Below are positions 33,642 through 53,170 of a stretch of 64,000 nucleotides of DNA, piece by piece. Positions within the stretch are counted from its first letter, which is position 1; each line of letters opens with the position of its first letter. Origin of the DNA: Tubiluchus corallicola. Lineage: Eukaryota > Animalia > Priapulida. The notes under the pieces were generated by a model. It did no database searches, had not been told where the DNA came from, and saw only the letters and a list, made by a program, of their open reading frames with translations. The DNA is taken from contig JAQGDQ010000038.1 of the NCBI GenBank assembly GCA_030141605.1, forward strand, positions 372,001 through 436,000. Direction: 5' to 3'. Made by a program: the position numbers and the translations under genes.

Positions 33642-35647
33642 TTCTTTACTAAGATTTGTCTTTATCTCCTGGGTTTTGTCGCTCAAACAGATGGAACAAA
33701 ATTCTAAATTTACTGCAAATGTGGATTAAAAAACTGCATAAAGAATGTGACAGCATAAATGTGTGTTCTGATATGAGCTTGCAAGGCTTTTCTAAGGTGA
33801 AGATTTGTGGTTGAGGGTCCATTTTTAATCTGCATTTGAATATTATTTTGCACTCAACATTTCCACGGGTCAAATTACTGAACATCGTTTATTATTGTTT
33901 GTTTGTTGTTAAGTTGCTTATTTTTGTTTTGTTGATTGTCAGACGATGAATTCTGTAACATTTAGGCAACTCGAGTGCAAAGTTTACTGTTTATTAGCAA
34001 AATGCACATGTGCCAGTATGGTGAATAGTTTTTTACTGGCAAACATTAGATTCTTGAGCATTTGTGTTTCTAATCACATTTTGCCTGCAAAAATTGCATA
34101 GTAAAATTTTCTCTTTCTGGCATAATTGAATTGCTAGTTGTGTTTTTGACTAAGCATTGCATTAATTACACATTATCTTGCTTGTAGATTACTTCTTATC
34201 GTATAATTTCTGATGTGTTAAACGCAGCATTTTTCTTGTTATAAGACCATTACTATATGATATGTATCGTGTTATAGACAATTACTGCGTAGTTTGTTCA
34301 GCTAAGTTTACTTATTATTGTTGTGCTGGAACAATAACTATTGCTTCACTGTGTGTATGTTTCAAGTCTTTAGCTCAAAACTGGTAGCTATAATTGTATA
34401 GATATTTAATAGATAATTTTTGGAACTTAGATATAGTCACTAGCTGCAGTGTCTGAAATGATGCCAGTTATTCATGATCCGGTGTTTATTGTTATACCTG
34501 TTTATCTATTATTTGTTGTTGTTGCATTGCACAATTAAAAACATAACATGTAATGATTCAAAATTGCCATTATGTAAAAAGAGATTTAGTTTTAAACGGT
34601 GGTAAAGCAGATTCTGGTGCACACTTCAGTTCAAGGCTGCAAACTTCAAATTCCAAACTTTGTAAAGCTACACAATAAAATGTCAGAATGTTAAAATTTT
34701 GGCATTATTTTGTTTTATTTCGGATTGTACACCCAAGGCTAATATAAAACTGTACACTTAAAAATTAAATGAAGGATCTCAAGTGGGTAGCTAGGCAAGA
34801 AGCCTGTAGGGCTGTCTGAATTAAAAGTGATTTCATTGCCAGGGAGTTTCTTGTAAGTAGTCTTGGTCTCGTCGCACTGTGAAAAATGAATTGAGATTTA
34901 AAAGTGAGTTCGGTAGTTAAAGTTTTTCTGTAAAGCTCGGTAACAAGGATTTTTAATTGTTTTTAAATCATGCACAACAGTCTAGCTATACAACAATTTT
35001 AAATTCTCTTTCATACATAACAAAGAGTCTATCATACAACCTAGCACAGTTATGTATTATTAACTGCTTTTGTCAGTTATCACTTATGAAGCTGGAAAAT
35101 TGTAGGTGATGTAATAAGCAATTTTTGGACAACACCTACACAACATTTGCATAAACAGTGCATAATCATTTGTTTTAAATGTTCCTAAAAAAACATTGAT
35201 TTATGTTACAAAACATATAGTTAGTATAGTATAGTAGTTTATACCGCCCATCTCAAGCAATGTAAATAAGTTCAATAACAAAAATACAGCAATATCATTA
35301 CTTGGGATACAGAGGAGCCGAAATATAGGAATAATATATTATATTAATACATTATATGAATAATAATTGAGCAAGTTGGCACCTCGAGATTTTATCTTGG
35401 AAAATTGCTTGATATTAAGCTAGTTTCACAGATTGATATTGAGGTAGGTTTCATTCCCGCCATCACGTTCAACATTAACATTACGCTCGGCCTTAAGTGC
35501 TGGACTGCGATTGCAGTGAACCGAACTGTTGAATATCATATAATGCAGTTCATTTCATGCCTGTTTCTTGAACCAGCTTTCTCTTGTACACTTTGTCCTG
35601 CACAATGAACTACATTCTGCCAACATGATTTCTGTTACGTCTCAGCT

Positions 35648-38364
35648 TTATCCCTTGTTATGCTGAAGTTGTTCAACTAATGCCTCCAATCTTTCGAGAC
35701 GCACCTTGTATTCTTCCAGTTTTGATTTGGTGTCTTTATCCGTTGTTTTCTTCTTTTTACTTGAACTGTGCATTTGCCAGACCATAATGCCCAGTATAAC
35801 AGACCAGACCACGGCTTCTTCTGGATATTTAAAAAAAGTTACAGAAAAAACGCAATTAACATTACATTAAAACGCAAAATTATTTTCTAGCCCCTGACGT
35901 TGAGCTTAATTTCCGCCGATTGAGAGTATAACTTTAGAATAGCATTTTATTAAAAAATTCAAATACGTCCCGTTATTTTAATTAAATAGATCCTCCGGTA
36001 TCTTTATAATATCCATACAGTGCCCGATATTAATTATCAAGAATGATAATGACATACCTGATTGTTGCCTTGAAGGATGTTAGCTTGGGTGTCAATAGAA
36101 AATCTAATTTTTAGGAAATCCAGAAACGGCAAACTTTAGGTGCTGTGTCTTGGCTGTCCTGTCCTACCCTATCCTGTCTTGTCTAGGCTGTCCTGCCGTC
36201 TCCTGAACAATCCTGTCACGTCCTGTTCGGTTCGTAACAATTCTATTCTGTCCTGTCCCATCTGCTCCGGTCTTGCCCTTTTCTGTCGTTCTGTTCCTAC
36301 CTGTTTTGCCTCCGCCACACTGTTCTGTTTTTTTTCTGGTTTTATCCAGATTGCCTCTCTTCTGATCTACTCAATCAGCCATTCTCTTCTTGCTTGTGAA
36401 TTTTTCAATTAGTTACTGATAAAAATACTGTTTAAGTAAAATGAATCTAATGATGTACCTACCTAACAAATCAGCTCCTACATTAACCGCCGCTTTAATG
36501 TCAAGTGGTTCTGTTTGTTGAGGAGGTTTCCCTAGAATTTTGCTCTCTGCGTTTGACTGAATCTTTTGGAAGGTTTGCGCTATGGGAAGGCAGACGTGGT
36601 CTCTATAAGTAGCATTTACAAACGAAAATAAAAACTTAAGCAAGATGGCAAATGACGTCTATGGCATAGACCAAACATTTCAAATGCTTACTTCTAAATA
36701 CATTGTAGCCTGAGCCAAATTATAAATTCAAAATTGTTTAAGAAAGTTCAGTTGTGATTTAAATGACGTTTAAAGAAAAAGAACCGATTTTTTATTTTTA
36801 TTTTCAATTTTGTTGAAAGGGTTTAAGAAGTGGGTTTTCACTTTATTAGTTGTGATTTTTTGATATGTATTTTTACATTAATCTGGTTTAGTACCACGAT
36901 AATGAAAGTTTTATAATTTGACGGCGAGTATATAAAGTGCATGTATGTATATGCAATATTCATATAACTTTGGTTTCAAATTTACATCAGTTTTAATTCC
37001 CTCATTTTACGTTTTTAAAATACCGTTTAAATAAAATGAAGGAGATAAAGTGAATTCTGCTGCCATTGAATTGAAGTTTTACGTGCAATTCGGCATTCTG
37101 TGAGGCGGGATTCAGAACACTGGGCTCATTAATTGTAGATACGTCTGGTACGACTGAGATCTTTCTCACTGTTAAGACCAAGGACGAGGATGAGCCACTG
37201 AACCAGAAGAGGCGTATTGGCTAGATTCGGATTGCATACACCCTCAGTCAACGAGAAAAATAATGACAGATTCGCCGAGAAGCTACTTTCCTGGCAGTCA
37301 CCTATCCGTTTAATGATCAGGTTAGCTTTGCTTAACCTTGGTCGCCCCGCCTCCTACAACGTGCCATCTCTGCCATTCCCAGCTCTTGCGGTGTTATGAG
37401 CGGAAGTGACAATTTAATTTCCTGTTGAAAACGGGATAAAATAAGGCAGAAGTATGACGAGCATGTTTACAGCACATCCATTTTAAATATTCAGTGTTCA
37501 AAACTCAGTTTCAGTTCAAATTTGTACTTGCTGCTAAACGTGCCGCAAATTGCGAAGATTCTAAAAGATATTATAAAAATGGTAGGGTAAACGGTACCAG
37601 GATTTTATAAGTAAGAGGCAGCATTGAGGCCAGGGTGAAAAATTAAGTTAATTTATATAACAATTTGTGTTTGACTGGTTATCAAAATTTCAATACATAC
37701 ATAATATCAGTTAGTTTAACTATAATTCTGTTGCTATTCAAATCCTAATGGTAAGTTATATAAACCTCAAATCTAGCATTCAGTGCCTTACTCTGGACGA
37801 CATAATGTCAAACTGCTGCACGGTTACCAGTTTTGGCATTATATCATCAATTTTTAAAGATTTGATTTATTTCTTTTCTCTAACACTGCAATTTTACAGC
37901 AAATTTTTTTTGGCAAACAGAACGAGAGTTCATAATTAGAAACACTTATTAGCCCGTACATAGAACACAGAACACAGTAAAATAGCGTTTTTCCGCAGCT
38001 ACTTTCTGTAATTCGGGAAATTGTTATTAATATGCATGCACGACTCACGGAATCACATGTGAATGTGTGAAGTATTATTTTGATGATGAATATCGTGTGT
38101 AATTAATAGTTACTACCTAGGTAACCTAGCTAGCCTGCTAAACTATAAAAGCTGCAAGTAATCGTGCTCACCCTATCCCTGAATACGCCCCGTCTTGCAG
38201 CTGTGCAAGGGCGCATTTCACTACAATTAAGAACAACGAAAAATTCTGTCTCACCTGAATTTGTGACTCTTTTTTGCTCTCTGTTCAACAGCTTTAGCTA
38301 ACGGCCGGGATAATCTTCGTACAACCATAATCCCCAACTTTGCCAAAGGAAATGCCGCCGCCAT
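35648..38364 (-). CDS. OPA3: OPA3-like mitochondrial membrane protein, 140 aa, three exons
   Basis: Exons 38364-38255, 36602-36463 and 35820-35648 give MAAAFPLAKLGIMVVRRLSRPLAKAVEQRAKKSHKFRDHVCLPIAQ...EPLDIKAAVNVGADLLEEAVVWSVILGIMVWQ...coiled coil. This matches the OPA3 pattern AFP.AKL..L.IRQ.SKPLAN..K..A......F...ICLP.AQ...PLNE..A...GA.LLGE. Confidence 0.88.
36140..36330. repeat. Degenerate (CTGTC/CTGTT)n pentamer repeat in OPA3 intron 2
   Basis: Recurrent CTGTC, CTATC and CTGTT units; produces the spurious ORF 36140-36412. Confidence 0.7.
37288..37342 (-). repeat. 5S rRNA-derived SINE-like remnant in OPA3 intron 1
   Basis: Plus-strand GGCAGTCACCTATCCGTTTAATGATCAGGTTAGCTTTGCTTAACCTT resembles the reverse complement of the 5S internal control region (GGCGGTCTCCCATCCAAGTACTAACCAGGCCCGACCCTGCTTAGCTTC). 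A weaker look-alike lies at about 56890-56940. Confidence 0.45.
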
Positions 38365-38736
38365 GTTCGTGTTTTAAACTTAGAAACTCTTTACACGTGT
38401 TACAGTTTTCCAACTACACCAAAGGCAATTTCATAACCGAATTTTGAAATTGAAGTACACAATTTTTTTATACCGTTTTACATTTATGTCAACAAAGTAA
38501 GTCCACGACATACGCGACATTAAAACTCGTTTACACCGCTTACAAATATGCGAGAAACTACAACCATGCACACTCGGTTACTAACCCGGAACTGGCAGCG
38601 AAAGTCCATGCAAGTTCAGTACCCATGCAAGGGGTAAAATTGTAGCGCCTGAAATTACACTATTTTAGTCCTAAATTAATTTTCAAACCAGCCATTGTTT
38701 GTTTCATAAGAGTGTATTTTCGCGGCTAGTTATTTG

Positions 38737-38781
<45 letters not shown>

Positions 38782-40155
38782 CTCAAAGTGTATATAATAT
38801 ATACTGTTTATGTACACTGTACTCCAATCGCAATTTACATAATCTCATAGTCATAGCGTACCTGCATCGTAATTTTCGCTGTATTTTCAATTAACTACGA
38901 ATAGGTTTTATACCGTGGAGTACATCAAAACAGCGTACGTAGAATATCAGATGCTTTACAAATATGTCAGCTAGGTATGCAAGAATAGCAGCATAAATAA
39001 CAGCATTCCACTACCTGTTCTGCTTTCAGTGCCTTGCAGCAAAATTTGCCTTTCTTTATAAATATTTTTCCCGCGTCTCTGTTTGTAGTACATATGGTTG
39101 TATACCTTTAGAACAGAGTTTAACAGGCGTTCAGTCATCTTGCCAAAAAAATCTCTCTATTTACAAACCAAACACGTCTTGTTTCCATTTTAAGCAAATT
39201 TAGTTAGCGCAAATTCGTATTAACTATAGAAAATTCCTGATATCTCGTCATAATTTTATTCCTGAAAATTCCTGAAATCAATTTAATTAGATTTCTTTTA
39301 GACCCAGGCTGTGCGTCTGGCCTATTTTATAAAAAAGGCTTTCCTAAATTTTGTGCAGTAATTCGATATAATTAGCTTTTTGCAATCATTTGAAAGGTCT
39401 CAGAGGGAAAAAGCATATGGTAAGAGAGAAATAATGTACAGTGCATGATATAAAACTTAGTCCTAGCTTTTAATAGAATTTTTATGGTGACGGCATCAAA
39501 CATATAGATAAACAGAAAGACTGCATAATAGTTAGTCCCTGCGCATACCATACAAAATTGTCCTTCAGAACTTAACTTGAAACAAATGGTGAAATCACGT
39601 TTGCTGGGCCGCTATTAGACCTACATGAATTTCCCTGTGTGCTACTGAGAACAAAGTTGGCGTTCGTTCGAGGAATTGTGTTTTGGCTCGATACCCATGA
39701 GAAATTTCGGACACTGTTTGTAGCCATTTTACTTTCGTGCAATGCCGAGTAATCTACCTGAAAATTGTTAACAAGTACTGAATTAAAAGTGTGGTTACTG
39801 CAACAGTTCTTGTGTTCGAATCAATCATAGCTTAACCCATAATTTTACAGCATCTTGCTAAACAAGATCACGAAAAAGAAGCTCTTAAATTTACTGCTTT
39901 CTACTTTTTAGCGCTTTTGATCTTGTTATTACATGTGAAATTAGTTTAGTTTCAAGTGTTTAATCTGAGACCATTGCACCGGACGTTGAATCTACTTTAA
40001 TGCGCATTAAATACAGCAAGTACAATTAATTAATACCATGCGCAAACTTCCATTTAGATTATGAGTGATATTTATCATCAATTATTGTTTATTCATTGTT
40101 TCGTAGTATATAGGTTCAATTGCTTTATTCGATTACAGTGTAGTTGTTAATTGCT

Positions 40156-40350
40156 TTCATTCATTCATTCATTCATTCATTCATTCATTCATTCATTCAT
40201 TCATTCATTCATTCATTCATTCATTCATTCATTCATTCATTCATTCAGTCAGTCAGTCAGTCAGTCAGTCAGTCAGTCACTTATTCACTCACTCACTCAC
40301 TCATCCGTTCATTCATCCATTCACTCCTACGTTTATTCGTTCGTTCACTC
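40156..40350. repeat. Compound (TTCA)n(GTCA)n microsatellite with degenerate tail
   Basis: Perfect ATTC run switching to AGTC, then ACTC/GTTC variants. Confidence 0.97.
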
Positions 40351-40754
40351 GTGTATTCATGCATTTTACCAGCATAGCACAGAGCTTTCAGCTGAACCAA
40401 ATTGATTTACATGAGAAGGCAAACAGGAAGCTACAGTCTCACCGTCGCCATCCTCATCACCATTATCGTCACAGCATTATCATTATTATTAATGCTTGTT
40501 TATTAATTTTGATTTATATTACTTAACATTAATTTTCAGTCACAGTGATATTACATTTGTAAATTAGATTTTTTATTTATAGGACAAGTAAGTGTAAATT
40601 CTTGTAACAAGTAACAGCATTTTCCGTGTGAAGTATCGTACATATTTACTGTTTGAAACAGAAATTTAGAGATTAAACATGCATAGGCCTAGTTGTAATT
40701 TTCTGTTTTTTTTTGTAGTTAAGAATCCTTTGATGCAAGTTGTTGACAGTCTAC

Positions 40755-43434
40755 ATGGCTTCACCTGGGAGAGAAAACACTGGTTACATGCGCATACCAA
40801 ACGCAGATAAACCACCAGAGCAAGACAAATTAGTAGCTGAAGATGTTAGACAGAAATCTTGGATTCCAATGGAACCGATGTTAAATAGTACGTGAGGTCG
40901 ACAAATGGTTTTCCTTTAAAATAGACGAAGTTCAGATCGTACTAACTATAGTACTAGTTTTAATGTAATTACTTTGCCCGTGTTGTGGGGTTGGTCACAC
41001 CTTCCCTGTCAAAGACTGCTTTGACAAAAACAAGAACTGGTTAGAAATTTTTTCATTATATTCTTTGGGCAATGGAATAATGCAGTTTAGCCTATTGGAA
41101 GTGCTGTTGGTAGTAATGACTATATCTAGCAATGATTAGACCATAAACTAATTATTATTAATAATTAATATATTTGTTTCTTAGGACGTTTTGCGGAAGA
41201 TACAGACTCTACACCCGAAGTGGCCACTAGAGGCCGAGACATTCCAGAAGGTCCAAAGAAGCCAACTGACAATCATGGAACAAAAAATTCAAGCAGGTTA
41301 GTCATTAAAGTGAACCTTACCGTTTTCCATTCTCACCCCCTTCTCTTTCTTTTTCCCCCTGTCTCTCTCTTTCTCTCTCTCTCTCGCTAACTCCCTGTCT
41401 CTTTCTCTTTGTTTCTCTCTCTCTTCCCACTCTCTCTCTGATTTAAACTTTTGGGTTATTCCCCTGTATAGTAACTCTATAAAGAAACTAATTTCGCTGT
41501 GCCGCTGGGCTTATTCTCGTTGTTAAAACAAGTTTTCACTTTTCAACCAGTTTTTATAGTGACTCTGTACTTTAAATTTTCACGAAATCCATATCAACGG
41601 TAAATGGTATTCTAACTGAAAAAAAGGAAAAGACGGAAGCGCATCAAGCGAAGCATAGCATGTAAGCTATATCCAATTATCCATGCTTATAATGTAAAAT
41701 TGATCATTTTATACGCAAGCAAAAAATACATCCGGACGTTCTGGATTAGTTGTACATATACATTTTACGTTTACAGGGATGAAAATGATAAAGCAAATGA
41801 TGGCGATGAAGGGAAGCATAGAGGAGACAGAGGAAGTTCGGGTAGAGGTAGAAAGGAAGCTGATGATAAGGGTCCAAGTGGAGAAGGAGGTGCTGACACT
41901 GGGCGGGACGGGTATTTAGGACCTAGGCAGCCTTATGGACCATACTGGCCTGATGGGAATTTCCCGTGGTGGGCCAAAGACAGAATGTACCCACCTTACA
42001 TTACAGCAGTACCACAGGTATAGTAACTCCTTACATGTACATTCTGGAAAAGTAATAACCGTGGCAATGATTAAATAAATAAAAGTAGTTCAACAAAATT
42101 GTTGCAGCTCCTTAATTTAGACATAATCGGCTTTCACACTTATTATATTTTACGCTAGAGTCAAATTCAGTAAATTATCTTTACCCATTAATTATGCCAA
42201 CACTGTTTTCTTGGTTGTATTAATTAACATGGCTTGCATTATCCTCTAGGAAACCTTAATCGTTGACACTGATCTTAAATTTTCAGGCAACAGGCCCTGG
42301 TGGTATTGATCTGAATATGTATGCCACTAAGAAAACAATGGCGTTGGGTTTACTAGATTTATCTACCTTTTCAGCGAATGTTGCACAGGTAAAGCGGTTT
42401 TCATAAACAGTATACATATGTATTAGGTTATGTATGTATATAACTTATAGGGCCTTTAGCTTAATTTGTGGCTTAATATCAATGCAAATTTAAAAATAAT
42501 ATTGATAGAAAGGAGCATATCCAGTAATGAGCTTCCCATTTAATTGACTCTTGAATAACTCTATCCATTCCATATTCCAGTTAAGGTCCGTGTTGAAACA
42601 AGGAGCAGAATATCAGGACTATTATTACTTCATGGTATCAGTATTGATATTGTCTATGATATTGCAGCTGGTAGTTGCTGGACTACTGATGTATGTCGGT
42701 AAGTTTGTACAATTTAATTGCTAACTACAAATACATAGATTGATTCTACCGTATAATATTTTAACAACATTGCAATAAGAAACGCTTGCAGAAGTTGAAG
42801 AAAAGAAAGAATGAGACTGGAAGATGCGTCACCCGTCTAGTCTTCTAAAACTATTTATCTGTTCAGGTCAGTGGCAAACTTAGGCTCAACTTTCAGTATG
42901 AAGAATAACAGATTTTTCTCTTTGTTGCTCCGCGGCCTTTTTTCAAAACTGCATTTGTCAACTGGTCTGTAGTTTTCATTAATTAACAAGGAAAATTATC
43001 AGTAGTAAAAGCAGGAGGCACATGGGATGCCAGTGTCATTGCTACAGACTCATTACACGTTATATTATTAGTCTTAATTGCCTTGAAACGTTGGAAGGTA
43101 CGTAGTTTCATATTCTACAATTATGACAATTTTGAAAAGCCGTCACACACCGACGCCTAAGATTTTGTCTTTTTTATTCATAGTGCGCTACGATATCAAA
43201 ACCGAAAAATATCAAAAAAGATGCGACTTTTGGAGTAACATGACAACATTCTTAATAGTGCTGATAACCGTGATAAACCTGACAATCACTGGTTTCATGA
43301 TGGACGTCAAGGCTGAAAAAGTGATAGCGTGCACTTATGGACAACAAATGCTAGAAGCCAACACAGGTGGCAGTAGTGTTGTTAATATAGCGGAAAAACT
43401 TCGACAAGCACCTAATATGTCGTTAAATAACTGA
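40755..43434 (+). CDS. Ninjurin-family membrane protein, 318 aa, six coding exons
   Basis: Exons 40755-40887, 41185-41296, 41777-42017, 42287-42388, 42581-42698 and 43184-43434 are phase-compatible and sum to 957 nt. Ninjurin signature DLNMYATKKTMALGLLDLSTFSANVAQLRSVL, TM1 YYFMVSVLILSMILQLVVAGLLMYV, TM2 NMTTFLIVLITVINLTITGF. Confidence 0.92.
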
Positions 43435-44283
43435 GGACGGATTTGGCTGATTAGGGGTCCATACAAAAATCCAAAGCTAATAGAAAAGTATTTAAATCAA
43501 TGAGATTTATAATCTTATTCCGTATACTTCTTGCAACTATCTGCTTCTGCAAGAACACTATAACTGGAGTGAAGAAGTCAAGGACCTGTCGGCTAATGTT
43601 AAGTTTATTAATTTGATGCATTCCAAAACGGGCATTGAAATGAAAGTACCACGTACCATATTTATCATAACACTAATGCGCATACTGCATAGAAATCATT
43701 TGGTTGATTACTCGTGCTTCTAATAATTTTTAAATGGAAATTTGTAGATCAGAAAGTCCATTTCATGTAAATAAGCCATGTAAAGCCAAAAATATATTAT
43801 TATGTAAAATAAATTTAATAAACTAAACTAAACCAAATATATTTTATAAATTGTAGAGTAATTTTATTATAGCAGTTTAAATAACATTGGCACATTGTGT
43901 CTACTCTTCTGTACACGTAATATTTATAATTATATAGGCCTATAATTCGATGTATTGTAGTAAAGCTTTGTCATAAGCCACAAGAAGTACGCATACACGT
44001 TATCAAAGCGTAGCGGATGTTACATTCTTTATGCTATTTAACTATGCTGTATCACACACACATTTGCATAACTAAAGAGTTACTGTTGTTATATTCAGTG
44101 TTACATTTAGGCTTGCAAATACGAGTTTAATTTAAGCATTGTCTCTTAATAGTTTAATTTAAGTATTGTCTCTTAATTATTTTGTACACTTTATAAATTA
44201 GTATTGTAAATATAGTATACAGTAAATACAGTACTAATACATGTCTAAATGCATGTATATGCCGATCATTTACGAATAAATTT

Positions 44284-50633
<6,350 letters not shown>

Positions 50634-51129
50634 CTTTCGTAGCAAGTTCCTTCCACTTGGTTTTCTCGATCTAAGGAGTGAAAAAAGAGTTGAAAATGGC
50701 TTATCCCAAAATAGGTTTAAACAACTGGAGGCAGATAACTTAATTGCTCGAAAAATATACGCGACAAAAATATGCACACAATAGGTAGCTTAACAATTAT
50801 TATTTAAAAAAATTGTGTAACATTTGTATGTCTTAACATAGATCCAACATTTTGTCATTTGATTCAACGCAGAGCTGTGCGTCAATAAATTTGGATTTTT
50901 AACGCGAAGTTTGATACATTTCGCTGCATAATAATTACTTTCACGCCAAAAAGTTAAACAAAACTGTAATTTCTCAAGCTTATTTGTTTTTTACGTTTTC
51001 CAGCACAACTTACAGTAATCAACTACAAAATGACATTAAATGACAATGTGTAAACAAAGTTGTTTGCAAATAATATGCCAATAGCACAAAAAAGTCGAGC
51101 ATGTGCAACTTAAAATAACATGTCCTTAC

Positions 51130-51236
51130 CACGTACGCTGGTAATTATCCAAAATTATCAGCAAATTTTGCTCGCAAGCGAAGTACACACTAGTTTCCTA
51201 GTTTTGCTTTTGTGCACCGAACTTTCCTATATATAA
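51130..51236 (-). promoter_or_regulatory. Putative PVF TATA box and non-coding first exon
   Basis: Minus-strand TATATATAG at 51235-51227, a donor GTG|GTAAGG after 51130, and a pyrimidine-rich acceptor (TTTTTCACTCCTTAG) opening the ATG exon at 50670. Confidence 0.55.
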
Positions 51237-51774
51237 CACGGTCTCCAGGTCATGTCACACTCGTGAAGTCTGCAAGTTATATGTAAGAAATTGATACACT
51301 AAGGGCAGATTCATCTGCAGAAACAGAGGTTGCAAGATAACTATTCTAACAATACCACTGCATGTGTTTTTATTAGCTGTTCGGCGACTTTTGAAAGTGG
51401 TTCACGATGTCAACTAGTTTTCTCACAGCATTGGTTATTTAAAAACGGCATGGCTTGTTTATAGTTTTATCACTATAACCATCGTGGGATGGCTGCTTCC
51501 TTGTTTAAGGCCTGAGCTCTCCCTTCCAGATACTACTATTCCCCTGATAGCGAGGTTTCTGGAATCAGTTTTTCTAGAAGTAAACAGTGACGTTTTAAGT
51601 TTGTTTTGTGGCTAATAAATACTTGTGAGAAAAATAACTGTTTGCCTGCGCCAGATGTTGTTTGGCAAATTCCGTGATTTTGCGATTCTGTTTTACTCAT
51701 GTTATTGGTGAGGTTTCATACTTTCAAGATTCATCTCCTTTGTAGCTGGCCAACCACATTCAACATTGCAATAT

Positions 51775-53170
51775 TGGGAATGCGGTAGCTAAGTGTTCTA
51801 TGGCGTCTGCAACTTAAACAGATTGAAAGTTTCTGGTTCAAATCTAGACTGCGCTACCAACATTTTCATATTTCCTGTCATTTATGTTTTGTATGAAAAT
51901 TGCATTATTTGTAGGCTTGTAATATCGTTTATAATAATTTTGACGTCAATATTATAATAATTAATATATCATCTACGAAAATTTTAGGTTCAAAAATAAA
52001 ATAAAAAATAAAAAATAAATCTAATTTGTTAAAAACACTAGTGTGAGCGATCTGATATTCGAAATGACGAATTCGGTTGGCTAGTTAAAACTAATTACAA
52101 GGGAAGAATTTTGGATTGCCTTGACCACTAAGAAAGTTGTGGTCTGAGAAACCTGCAATGTAAACAGTAGGTCTCTGGTTCAAATCCACACTGCATTCCA
52201 ACTTATCCTGTCTTTCAAGTTTTGTGTTAAAATTTAGTTAATTGTGGAATTTCAGGATCATCAATAATAATATTGACATTAAGATCATATTAATTATTTT
52301 ATCACCCATGTACATGTCAGGTTCAAATTAATCTGAACAAAAAACAAATCTAATTAATGAGAATCACTCTTCTGTGAGCAGCATAAAACCTGAAATGCTG
52401 AATTTCGTTTGAAGTGAAAAGTAACTATAAAGGATGAACTTTGTGACTGCCTTGACCACTAGGAATGCGGCGGCCTGATGATCTATATATTATAAGCTTC
52501 TCTAAGGCGTCTGCTATGCAAGGAAAGCAAAAGGTCCCTGATTCAAATCAATGTTGCAAAAATGAATTGAAATGAGAAATGAATCAAATTAGTTAAAATC
52601 ACTGTAGTGTGAGTGATCTAACATTAGAATTGTTGCATTTGGTTGGTTAGATATAAGGAATGAACTTGAACCGTTGAAATGTGGTCGTCTAGTGGTCGAC
52701 GTGTGCGCAATGTAACCACCAGGTTCCTGTTTCAAATCCAGACTGCTTTTCAACATTTCTTGTCTTTAAAGTTTAGTATCAAACTGTAATTATTAATTGT
52801 GGACTTGTAACATCATTAATAATATTCTTGACATCAAGATTATCATAATATTTATTAATCTTCTACATAAATTTCAGTCTCAAAATTAACTGAAATAAAT
52901 ACAAATCTAATTAATTAGATGTACTCAACTGTGAGTGATTTTTAACATGCTGAATCTGGATGACTTGCTAAAAATAGTTCTAAGAGGTGAACTTTGAATT
53001 AGCTTGATCACTAGTAATGCAGCAGTTGGGTGCTGAGATGTCTGTTATTAAGCAGAAGGTCCTTGGATCAAATCCAGTCGGCAACACCAATTTTGAAAAA
53101 CAGTTAAAACGCAGCCTGGGATTCTGTCTTTAGAGTTTGTTATCAAACTTTAATCATTAATTAATTGCGG
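51775..53170 (+). repeat. Tandem array of about five degenerate tRNA-like units (about 330-350 bp period, one unit shortened)
   Basis: Heads at about 51775, 52128, 52458, 52675 and 53010 each carry (G/A)TTCAAATC B-box-like motifs. Spacers share CTGTCTTT..AGTTT, AAATCTAATT, GTGTGAG, and TGAA(C/T)TTT...GCCTTGACCACTA. Confidence 0.85.

Noticed and set aside
40144-40405. FIHS-repeat ORFs (and similarly ERERE at 45771 and YHTIP at 19267)
   Set aside because: These are microsatellite translations, not genes.
43432-43503. Stop-codon readthrough or selenocysteine at the ninjurin TGA
   Set aside because: The context TGA-GGA is not a leaky TGA-CTA type, the extension is short, and no SECIS-like hairpin was recognised.
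51775-53170. Functional tRNA gene cluster or CRISPR-like array
   Set aside because: The units have broken stems and inconsistent anticodon loops. Spacers are homologous to each other rather than unique, and the context is eukaryotic.
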